In this document: piece after piece, positions 1-10,770 of the stretch
How the letters are laid out: every line of letters begins with the position of its first letter
Numbering within the stretch: position 1 is the stretch's first letter
Origin: Eledone cirrhosa
Taxonomy: Eukaryota
Direction: 5' to 3'
Assembly: GCA_964016885.1 (NCBI GenBank)
Contig: OZ024744.1
Coordinates: 114,514,001-114,578,000, forward strand
DNA: 64,000 bases
Translations under genes and position numbers: made by a program
Notes under the pieces: model-generated
Seen by the model: the letters and a program-made list of their open reading frames with translations, nothing else
The model's database searches: none
What the model was told of the DNA's origin: nothing

Positions 1-672
1 TATGGGGTATCTACTATGCTGTAGGTATTCTGGCAATAAACCGGAGATTTACTTATTATTTGACAGATAAACAATTTCGTTTTATTAATGTAGTGAGGAT
101 GATAGTTTTTATGTGGTGTTAAATGGAGTTGTAGAGTCGTTATTTAAGTGGCCTATATTAAAGGTAGGGATTGTTAGTTCGAATCATGTGGGTTTAGTTT
201 TCACAGCATCAATAACAAATCGTGTATAAATAAGATAGTAATAACAACAATAATAGAAACAATAAAGGTAATAAAATAGTAAAATATGCATGGTAGATAT
301 AGAGAACATGATGAATAGTATTAAGGATACATTGAGATGTTCATGATAATAATAAGAATAATAAGAGGAAAGTAAGATTTCAAGGAGTGTAGGAGTAATA
401 AGATAATGTACTTAGAATTAGGTTCATCTGTTAGAGATTATAAGTGCTAATGTGAGATATAATTGTCTGGTCCGAAGGAGTAAATAACAGCGAAGATGGG
501 ATTGATTTATGAGTTGATAGTTGTAGACTTTACTGACAATCCCAGTGGTATAGAATTAGGGAGACTAGAAGGTGTTTATAGAAGATTATGGTTCTGTAGT
601 GGTTTGTGTGAGGTGGTGGATTTCATATGTTAAAGCAAAGTGATATTGGTTCGAATCACGGTGGTTTAAATC
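1..672 (-). mobile_element. 3' end/3'UTR fragment of a Naiad-like Penelope element (inverted copy of 6867-7355)
   Basis: 182-672 is the reverse complement, with few mismatches, of 6867-7355, which is the ORF end and 3'UTR of the PLE fragment at 6130-7355. Confidence 0.8.
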
Positions 673-910
673 GATTGGCGCATAATCAGGCAAATAGCGA
701 ACTCTAGACCTACCAGATCAAAGAAACAATTGTCAGCAATGTGAATAAAGCCCTTATTGTATAGCGAACCATGTCAATCTTCTTTCTTGAATTATTATTA
801 CTCCAAGTATAAACTACATAGAAATCACCGCGAACTCGCAGCATCACTATGGAAACGTCTTGTTGAGTCAAACTAAACCACACGTTAATACTATCCACTA
901 CACTAAATAC

Positions 911-2533
911 ACAGACGCTCTTTTCCTTGTACGACAACTACAGGAGAAATACCTAGCTAAAAGTAAACCCCTATACTTAGCTTTTGTTGACTTGGGGAAA
1001 GCATTTGACAAAGTCCCTCGCTCCATTATCTGGTGGGCTCTTAGAAAACTAGGTGTTGATGAATGGCTAGTGAGAGCTATACAGGCCGTGTATAAAGAAA
1101 CAGTCAGCAAGGTTAGAATTAATAACGAATGTAGTGAAGAGTTTAGCGTAAAAGTTGGTGTTCATCAGGGCTCTGTTCTTAGCCCCCTACTATTTATTAT
1201 TGCCCTTCAGGCTATAACAGTGGAGTTCAAGACCGGCTGCCCATGGGAACTTCTATACGCAGATGATCTAACGCTCATAGCTGAATCAATGGCTGAACTA
1301 GAGAGGAAATTCCAAACTTGGAAGCTAGGCCTAGAATCAAAAGGCCTTAAAATTAACTTGTCTAAGACTAAAGTTCTAGTATGTAGGAAGGAAAATAGGG
1401 CACTGGTCCCCTCTGGGAAATAATTATGCTCAGTGTGTAGGAAAGGAGTAGGCAGAAACTCCATTTTATGTCCCAAAGGCAAAGTATCGGTACATAAAAG
1501 ATGTAGTGGGATCACAGGTAAACTATCTAAGAATATAGATTTTATATGTGGCCGGTGCTCTGGTGCAATAAGTAGCAGTAAGTGCCCACAGAATACTAGC
1601 TCCTTCCATTGCACAGATGGTTCTATAGAAATAGTAGACACCTTCCGTTACCTAGGTGACAAAATCAAAAGTGGTGGAGGGTGCTCTGAAAGTACAGTAG
1701 CTACAGTCAGAACGGGATGGAAAAGGTTCAGAGAGCTTATACCACTATTGGCCGCTAAAGGTTTCTCCCTATAAATGAAAGGCAGGCTGTATGATGCCTG
1801 CATACAAACAGCAATGTTACATGGCAGTGAGACATGGGCATTGCGTGCAGAGGATCTACACAGACAGGAGGGGAACGAAGCTTGTGTGCTCCGTTGGATG
1901 TGTAATAGTAATATACGTGAACGGAATAGCATAAATCAACTAAGGGAGAAATTAGGAATAAGAGGGATCAGATGCTGTTTATTCGAGAGAAGCCTACGTT
2001 GGCATGGTCACGTGATGCGCATGAAAGACGACAGCTGTATAAAAAAGTGCAGGGGCGATCAAAATAGACGGAAGCTACGGAGTAGGTAGACACAAAAAAC
2101 GTCGGACGATTTGATAAATTCCGACCTTACACACTTACACCTCTCCAAGACAATGGCACTGGACTTAGATCTTTGGTGCTACACAGTCATACAGAAGACC
2201 CGCCTTGCCTAAGTACAAAGCAAAACCTACAGCCGGTAGGCTCCTCCTAACCCAAAATACACCCCCACCACACTGCCCTTACCCCATCCCCATCTACACC
2301 TAAAGTTATGTTGGTGCCACAACCACCAGTCCTAAATAAATGAGGTCGTGTGGGTAACACGGTAAAAACTTCCCAGTTCACACTGTAAACGTGGTTGGTG
2401 TTAGGAAGGGCATCCAGCCGTAGAAAACCCGCCAGACAGTCCTATACGAGCAAGACAACCAATCTTGCCTCACGTGGGACAATTCCCCTCGAAACCAAAG
2501 CTAGCGTGGAAGATAGACGTTAAACGACGACGG

Positions 2534-2580
<47 letters not shown>
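911..2580 (+). mobile_element. 5'-truncated RTE-clade LINE (family A), pseudogenised RT with internal PHD-like finger, (GAT)n tail
   Basis: ORFs 860-1423, 1433-1774 and 1775-2089 contain FVDLGKAFD, VHQGSVLSPLLF, YADDL, FRYLG and MLHGSETW; premature stops; ends ...GACGTTAAACGACGA(GAT)n; near-identical to 39005-40690 on the minus strand. Confidence 0.92.
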
Positions 2581-2582
<2 letters not shown>

Positions 2583-2779
2583 ATATGTATTTTTTCTCGC
2601 GAGTCAGTTTTTTCGTTGCTACGGTCCCTGAATTACCGGTCGCTATCTTCAATTTGCAAAGCCCTTTAAATGGAATGTTATTACTCTAAGGTTTTATACC
2701 TTATCGAGAGCTTGGCTGCAATTTCTGATTGCATTCGTTGGCTTAGCTGCGGTTCGAGCTTCGACTATGCTGTACTTCC

Positions 2780-2854
<75 letters not shown>

Positions 2855-2857
<3 letters not shown>

Positions 2858-4074
2858 GTGGGAAAGTAAAAAATCGGAGAATAGACCGTTAAAACATGTT
2901 TATTTAAAACAGCACCTACGTACGTTTCGCCCAGTTGGGCTTCTCAAGGGCATAAATAATCACAAGTTATCCTTATATTGCTCGGAAAGAGTTTTTGGGG
3001 TTAAATCCACATCAAGGTTCATTGCTCGCAAAAATATCTTGTCTTGATTTTTCAGCAGGTCAAGGGAGGTAACTCTGGCCGGTGTTAGGGCAGTCTTTCC
3101 CGGACAATTTTTTTTTTTTTTTTTAGCCGCATCTGTTTGTCTGAGGCTGGGTCTGGTATGCAAGGATTGTTTCCCGGGTGTTATTTTGCAGCGCCTGCCC
3201 GCCGGGGTGTTAATACTTGTTGCAGGGAGATCCGGTGTACGGTTTCACTCTTCATCCTTAACCCATCTGAAGAAGGATATTTTTAAGCGATGTGTACAAC
3301 TTATCGCTGTTTCAGCTCTGCTGTTGATGAGCTCGTGGGGTGCAGTTATGATGTGGTAGAGTTCCATGAGGCAAAGATCGCATTTCCTCTTGAAGTTGTA
3401 CGGTGCAGCCCTACCGACAATCTCCCAGTGCGTGGAGAAGCTGATGTTTAAGTCCTTTAGTGATGTGATGTAGTCCGCGAGCGAAATGGAGTGCCTTAGT
3501 TTTCTATTTGTGAAAGAGTGGAGATGTGTTCGAAACCTAATTTTGAACGGGCCGGAGGTAGCCCCTATATAGTGTTTAACGTTATTGTGGCTAGTAATAG
3601 TGCATCTATATATAACCCTATCAGTCAAGCAGTATCCTCTAAGGGGGCAGCGTCCTCTGTCGCGGCAGTTGCAATTTCTGTCGCGGTTCTGTCTATTTCC
3701 CACGGTAAGGCTATCATTGTTGCTGCCTACGTTGTTACCTACGGTACCGCAGCTGTCGTTAGCACCATTACAAGCCACAGCACAGGGGTGGTGCGATTGT
3801 TATTCCGCACGTCATGTCCTGCATGTTCCCCAGTCATTTCGCGGTTATTCTGGTTGCGTCTGCGGATGCCGTTGCCAACACTATTGGATGCTGCCAGGGA
3901 GTTGTTAAGGCCGATATAGTTATTGTCAGGTGTAGGTGCGTCTGTGTCGAGGTACTGTGTCTTGGTGATCTTACTGTGGTTCGTTGTTCCTATGATGTCT
4001 GCTAGGTTAGGAGTAGTAGAGAAGGATATTTTTATATTGTTCCTATTAAGAATCTTTTTCTCGATACGTAAATA

Positions 4075-4078
<4 letters not shown>
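2855..4078 (-). mobile_element. 3' fragment of Naiad-like Penelope element (GIY-YIG endonuclease + pLTR)
   Basis: ORF 3245-3778 has CNCR..CPLRGYC..VIY..YIG..FK.R..H..SF..CDLC..E..CTH; both ends abut (TA)n. Confidence 0.88.
2912..2951 (-). ncRNA. Minimal type-I hammerhead ribozyme, U3-A8 core variant
   Basis: Minus strand reads gccc UUGAGAA gccca-ac-ugggc GAAA cguacg UA ggugc; stem III ACGUACGU is palindromic; GUA triplet; lies 3' of the PLE ORF. Confidence 0.75.
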
Positions 4079-4130
<52 letters not shown>

Positions 4131-4133
<3 letters not shown>

Positions 4134-4259
4134 AACGAGTAGGACCCCGACGGCTGAGCTCAAGCCGTTTCGACGGCTAATTCTGGACTTTTTTTTTTAG
4201 TCCAGAATTAGCCGTCGAAACGGCTTGTGCTCAGCCGTCGGGGTCCTACTCGTTCTTAT
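4131..4259. repeat. Near-perfect fold-back palindrome built from the 3' half of a hammerhead motif
   Basis: ~59-bp arms around a T-run; each arm reads cGAAA cggct-loop-agccg TC ggggtcc (stem III + GUC) but lacks the CUGANGA half. Confidence 0.8.
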
Positions 4260-4560
4260 TACCCACTCTACTACCCTAAGTATTGAGTACTTTGGTGCGT
4301 TATGGTCCACCTGGTTCCTTACCACGTTTCCTTCGTTATATATATATATATGTTGTTTACTTGTCTCACTCGCTTTACGCGTTTTAATTGTCCTAATAAC
4401 TTACTTTAGTTATTATTGCACCAACGTGAGGTATATGATTTTTAATGCAATGAAATATCTATGATCGTTGGCAAATCACTGATGAGGGACTCATTTTATA
4501 ACATGTTATCCATGTGCAACCTGCAGTATTCTTCTCCCCATTTTTTCACATATATATATA

Positions 4561-4611
<51 letters not shown>

Positions 4612-4955
4612 CACTCCCTTACCTCCTTTCTTTCCGCACCTAAGTGTACGAGTGTGCAGGCGTTTTATGCGCGCGCCTTCATATTCGTATATTTACGATG
4701 TAACCATTTCTGTCTGTATAATACAGACATATAGATACATTTGCCCTAAATTTTAGAATTACGTACACTTTCTCACTATACATATACATGTACACATATA
4801 CATATATGCACATCTGTGAGCGTATATACATACACATACACACACCTAACTATTTTTCTTGATAGATTTTTATATATTTCAATTTCTATTTCATTTATCT
4901 ATATCTTTTTTTGACTTTCTTGATGTGTTTTTCTAAGTATTTGCCCATGTTTTAT

Positions 4956-5033
4956 ATTGCCTCGTCTGACGAACGAATGAAGTCGTTTATTTCGTATTCG
5001 CCTCATTCGGGAAACCTCTGGTAATGAGGTAAT
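4956..5033 (+). ncRNA. Type-I hammerhead ribozyme
   Basis: attgcctcgt CTGACGA a-cgaatga..tcattcg-g GAAA cc-tct-gg TA atgaggtaat; 10-bp stem I, 7-bp stem II, GUA triplet. Confidence 0.85.
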
Positions 5034-5133
5034 TATATTGTATTGATTTTTATACATTAAATTTTGCTCTGATACTTACATAGAGCACTCTTCATTTCTA
5101 TGACCTTTTCTGTTTCCAACGGAAATTTCAATA

Positions 5134-5232
<99 letters not shown>

Positions 5233-5243
5233 ATGTGTGTGTG

Positions 5244-5274
<31 letters not shown>

Positions 5275-5309
5275 ATGTATATATATATAATTATATATTT
5301 ATATGTATG

Positions 5310-5341
<32 letters not shown>

Positions 5342-5363
5342 TATAAATGTATATATAGATATA

Positions 5364-5404
<41 letters not shown>

Positions 5405-5596
5405 ACAGGGAGAAAGAGACGATTATTAGGAAGAAAAATGTATTTTTTATTTTTTTATTTATTTCTCTCTTTTTTTCTGCGTTAGAAAATGATTAAAACG
5501 AAATATTTTTCTTTGTGTGAAGTGTTAAGGTATTAGTTAATTTATTTATTAATTAACAATCGCATTTATTTATCTATTTATATATTTAATAATTGT

Positions 5597-5638
5597 CTAT
5601 TACCGGTTTCAGAATTTTTATGCATTATCAAATGATAG
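5597..5638 (-). ncRNA. Degenerate hammerhead remnant (U3-A8 variant)
   Basis: Minus strand reads ctatcat TTGATAA tgcataaaaattct GAAA ccgg TA atag; palindromic ACCGGT, but stems I and II are poor. Confidence 0.4.
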
Positions 5639-6129
5639 TGATATGTATTGGTGTAGAATGGTGGTGTTGGATATGTTAAAGAAATGGTTTATGAAGTGAA
5701 AAGAAAAAAGAAAAAAGAAAAAAGAAGCGTAATGTAGAGCATAAAAGTCAATGTGAAACAAAAAACAATGTTATTTACAGGCATAGTTCTTGAAGATAAG
5801 CAGATCAAAATGAGTTAATATAGCAAGAGTGCTTAGTTGATCCATGATGGAGGCAAATGGTGGACTGGGGTTTGATATGATTCCCCTTTCTAGAGAGTTA
5901 ATATGCAGGGGGAGGCAATTTATGCTGGATGATATTTAATTTATTTAAGAAAAAGGATTAGGTAGGGTGTGAGTCTTGAAAATGTTTGATTGTTTGTTCC
6001 AGTTTTAGTTTGGTCCGAAGTTTAGTGCATTAAGTAGAAGTTGGAAATTGTTAATGAAATACGTTTCCTTATTGGTACGATGGATGAAAGTAGCGTTGTC
6101 TATGAATTTGTAAATGGGGAAAATTTTAA

Positions 6130-7355
6130 AGTTAATACTATTACTAAACTAATAGATAAACACTTCCCTATATCGCATAGATATCATAAAATCTTCAATA
6201 GAAACACTATAAAACTCTCATACTCTACTGCTGCAAACATTGAATCGCACATACGCAAGATCAACCACAAGAATACCTCTAGGAAAGATATCCCACCCAT
6301 ACGCAACATAGCACCAAACACAAAAAACAAACACATTACCGTATCACAACCACGAACGCACATGAACGCACCACAGCAAAACTTCAATAGGCATGAATCA
6401 CAACCCACATATAATAGCTTGTAAAACCGCAATGTGAAAGCTGCACAGAGTAATACCCCGAACTGCAACTGTTACCTACCGGATAAGGGCCCATTAGTGA
6501 ATATGTGCCTTGATTCGAGCCTAGTGTACATGTGTACTGTAAACTCGGGCAACTCCACTTGGCACTACATCTACCGCGAGTGTTTTTAAAAAAAGATGGT
6601 ATGTGCACAGACATTCAATGAAGAACCGTGCACTGGTAAATTCTACAACCTTCTCTAATAAAATCTGGCAACTTAAGGACAAAAACCGTGATTACAATAT
6701 TAGCTGGTCGAAATTGGCGGCAGCAAAGACATATAGCAGCGGTATGTCCCATTGCGGGCTCTGCAACCTTGAATTGCTGCATATCTTAAGGAACGATAAA
6801 ATGCTACTCAACAGCAAAATAGAAAGGTCAATTTTCTGCAGACATAGGATTGCTACAAAATTCGCGAGATTTAAACTACCGGGATTCGAACCAATATCAC
6901 TTTGCTTTAACATATGAAATCCACCACGTCACACAGCCCACTACAGAACCATAATCTTCTATAAACACCTTCTATCCTCCCTAATTCTATACCACTGGGA
7001 TTGTCAGTAAAGTCTTCAACTATCAACCCATAAATCAATCCCATCTTCGCTGTTATTCACTCCTTCGGACCAAACAATTATATCTCACATTAGCACTCAT
7101 AATCTCTAACAGATGAACCTAATTCTAAGTACATTATCTTATTACTCCTACACTCCTTGAAATCTTACTCTCCTCTTATTCTTATTATTATTATGAATAT
7201 CTCAATGTATCCCTAATATTATTCATCATGTTCTCTATATCTACCATGCATATTTTACTATTTTATTACCTTTATTGTTTCTATTATTGTTGTTATTACT
7301 GCCTTATTTATACACGATTTGTTATTGATGCTGTGAAAACTAAACCCACATGATT
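6130..7355 (+). mobile_element. Naiad-like Penelope element, 3' fragment (linker + GIY-YIG + 3'UTR), pseudogenised
   Basis: KHFP..HRYHKIFNRNTIKLSYS, NCNC..PL..C..LVY and CGLCNLE..CRH across ORFs 6041-6424 and 6603-6917, with a stop and frameshift. Confidence 0.88.
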
Positions 7356-8757
7356 TTTGTTTTCGGATTCTATCTTTGTTCACTTGTGAGTGTTTATATG
7401 TGTCTGTTGTTATTGTACTTGTGCATATATATATATATATATATTTATTTATGTATTTATCCCTTAGGTCAGTTTTGTTTGTTTGGGTATGGTTGTTGTT
7501 GTTATTCTATTTGTTCTTTCTGTTTAAATTTGATTTTCTTATCGCAGTTGCTTCTCTGATTTGTCTACCTGTTGAGTCATTTCTATGTTTAGATATTATT
7601 TTAATTTCTATGTTGTCTATATTACCATCATGTCTTTGTCTGGCGTCTTCATATAGTACTGAACCATTTTTTGTTTGTCCTTTTAGTTCCCCCAGTGTTG
7701 GTCTATTCTTTCTCCTATGCTTTGAGCTGTCTCCCCTATCTATGTATGTCGTTGTCATGTTTCTGCAAGTACCCTCTGTACATCTTTTGCTATAGACTAC
7801 ATTTCTAGTTTTACAATTTATCTGGGGGTTCATTCTACATATAACACATTTCTTATTCGTTCTTGCTGATCAGGGATTTGATGCTAGTTCCTGGCTTTTC
7901 TACCACTTTAATCTTTAGATGGGTCTTTCTTAGGGCCTTTCTACATTGCTTAGCTAATTTCCCTCCAGGGGTAGCATCGACGAACATGACACTCAGGTAT
8001 CTCTGGTTGTCGTACCATGAAGTGGCTTTCCCTATCTTATGTTTAGTCCTATCTAAGCTATTCCATGATTTGTTCCTGTATAAGGAGCAAATTCCTTTCA
8101 TGTCCATTTCTATGAGGGTCTTCTCCATGGCTCCTTTGTATACTCTGATTCTGCCTCTTTGGTTGTAGCCAGAGAACTGAATGCGGTTGATGAAGTGTTG
8201 GATGTGTCTTTCCATTTCAGTTGGGTCGCACGTGCGGGACACATTCTTCATCACTCGTACCAAGTCTGCGATCAAAATATTAAACTTAGCACTATTGGAC
8301 ATTGCTGAGTTTTTGAGTATCAGGTATTTGGAGGCCATGGGTTTAGCATAGTGTGAGTGGAGAATTTGGGACCTCTCGTCTATTGTGTTAATCCAGAGTT
8401 TCCGTGTCTAATACTGGTAGTCTTGTTAGGGTGTTTGGAAGGGTAGTCAACGGTTACAGTTTAGAATGTTTGTATCAGTGTATATATACTATTAAGAATG
8501 ACAATAAATGCAGGTGAGTGTTGTGACATGGTTTTACTTCACAGAAGTCAAATAAATTAATAGAAATAATTTTTACCACATGTTGATGGTCAGTTGGTCA
8601 CAACTCCCAGACCGGAGTGTGTAGAGAAGAACAGAAATCTTCTCTTGGTAAGGTTCAAGTGTTTCTTTAGGTTGCCGGCGCAGGAAGTGAGAGGGTAATG
8701 TCTTGATGTCCTCAAATATATAGTCCCCAGGGGGACGCAACTCCATTTAGTACATGG

Positions 8758-8859
8758 ATCTGCCACTGGGAGTCGCGACCGTCACAAAGGGACGCAACTC
8801 CTATACGTATCTGCCCCTGAGAGTCGCGACCGTCACAAAGGGACGCAACTCCTGTACGT
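8758..8859. repeat. 51-bp tandem repeat within the Gypsy LTR
   Basis: atctgccactgggagtcgcgaccgtcacaaagggacgcaactcctatacgt x2 plus a partial copy; one copy also at 10269-10319. Confidence 0.85.
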
Positions 8860-9083
8860 GCTGAGTTACAGCCGTAAGGGGCCGCTTCAGTACCCTCCTC
8901 CAGACGCTAGGCAGAAAGCCCGAAGGTAACTGTAGCGAACGCACAAGCATGGGCTTCCAGCACAAGCATGAAATATTAAAGCAAAGGTACATAAATAAAT
9001 CAGGCATGAAATAGTAACGAAAGGGTACATGTATACATAGTAATACAATAAAGAGAAAAACAAAAAAGGCTCCAATGACCAGT

Positions 9084-9950
9084 TCACATAAAAACAGTTT
9101 GGCAGAGTTTTTTGGGCCAGTGGACTCTTCGACCGGAACGGGTCGTGGTCTTGTATGTAGGTGAAGGTGGGGCAGAAGAAGCAGGTGTATGTACAAGAGA
9201 GAAAGATTGGGGTATTTGTGGCTCGGGTGTATGAGCGTCATTGTATGCCCTTTTTAGACTATCCACCGAAATTGCCTCTCTGGACCCCTTAATGTCTACT
9301 GTGAAATGTTTGTCAGTATGTGCTAACACACGGTAGGGTCCAGAGTACGGTTGTGTTAGGGGTGGAGTAACCGCATCGTTTCTGACGAATACATGTGTCC
9401 ACGAGGCAATATCCCTCGGGACTGCAGCTTTAATAGTTTGTTTCCGAGTATTCATGGGCGGTAAGTCCTGAAAATAGGAGCGCAAACGAGATATGTAGGA
9501 AACAGGGTCCTGAAAAGCAAGATCAACAGGGGCAAGCACTTGCCTAGGCAACGCTATAGGAGCACCATACAGTAATTCGGCCGGGGAGAACCCAAAGTCC
9601 TCCTTTATTGATGACCGAATTCCTAACAACACAATAGGAAGGTACTCGCTCCAATGTTGAGAGTCTGGATAGGCGCGAAGAGCGGCCTTTAATTGGCGGT
9701 GGAATCGTTCCACCATTCCATTTGAAGCAGGATGATAGGCTGTGGTCCGAATCCGTTGAGCACCAATGATCTTTGTCAGCTCAGAGAAGAGATGATACTC
9801 AAATTGTCTACCACGGTCTGTTGTGACTGTAGTTGGTACCCCAAAGCGGGTAATCCAGCCTGATACCAAGGCACGCACTACAGTCTCAGCAGTAATATAT
9901 TTTAAGGGGATGGCTTCAGGCCATCGCGAAAAACGATCGATACAAGTCAA
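9084..9950 (-). pseudogene. Gypsy integrase catalytic core and C-terminus
   Basis: [41 protein letters not shown]; frameshifted from the upstream zinc-binding domain. Confidence 0.9.
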
Positions 9951-10770
9951 GAGGTACGAATATCCACTACTGAATGGCCAAGGTCCAACGATATCAATGT
10001 GGATGTGTTGAAACCGAGCATCTGGAGTACTGAAAGTACCAAGTGGAGTCCGGATGTGTCTGTGGATTTTAGACCTCTGACACTGTGTGCAGGAACGGCA
10101 CCAGACAGTAATTCTCGCCTCATATTGGGCCAGAAAAATCTAGCCGTTATAAGCTTTACTGTGGCAGAAATTCCTGGGTGAGAAATGCTGTGCAAAGCAA
10201 GGAACACAATTCGACGGTGAGCCTCAGGAACATATGATCGTGGTGAATCCGTAGATACATCACATAGAATCTGCCACTGGGAGTCGCGACCATCACAAAG
10301 GGACGCAACTCCTATACGTGCTGAGTTACAGCCGTAAGGGGCCGCTACACAGTTATACTCTGGTGTATGGAGTTAGCTATCTGCTGGATGCTTTCCATTG
10401 TGCTCTCTTCTAAATCATGTTTATTAGTACTCTCTTGTGAGGGTGTTCTTATATTGATATCGTCTACGTATCGTGAGTATATGACGAGGCCTATGGAGCT
10501 CTCTTCAAGGAGTTCTATGAGTCTCCTCTCCTACCATACCATAAATAGATTGGCAACATCACCAGCTATACTGACGTCAATGACTGTTCCCTCATTCTGG
10601 GTGTAGATCTTTTCATTAAATTTAAACATATGGCCCTTTGGGGTAGTTTTAATACTAGCCCCTATTGCATCTGTGACCATTTTTCTCACCTGATCGTTGT
10701 TTTGGTCCATCCATTCCATCTTCCCGTGGGAGTCCTTTTAGCCATTGAGGTTATAACATCGACACTGGGT

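Larger units (their letters stand above)
8461..10349 (-). mobile_element. Internally deleted Ty3/Gypsy LTR retrotransposon (integrase + 3'LTR + stub of 5'LTR)
   Basis: Integrase HHCC (9947-10207) and DDE-GPY (9084-9950); PPT ctggaggagggtac before the 3'LTR (~8461-8889); 5'LTR stub 10270-10349; CAGT TSD at 8457-8460 and 10350-10353 restores the host PLE reading SITVTVDYPS. Confidence 0.92.

Noticed and set aside
2590-2780. Possible tRNA-derived SINE (ggttcgagc B-box-like)
   Set aside because: No convincing A-box spacing or cloverleaf and no second copy in the window
4475-4495. CTGATGAGGGACTC hammerhead start
   Set aside because: No downstream GAAA/NUH half; at most a deleted remnant
8732-8860. 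CRISPR-like short repeats (also 45768-45920 and 61730-61840)
   Set aside because: Head-to-tail tandem repeats inside LTRs with no unique spacers, no cas genes and a eukaryotic context
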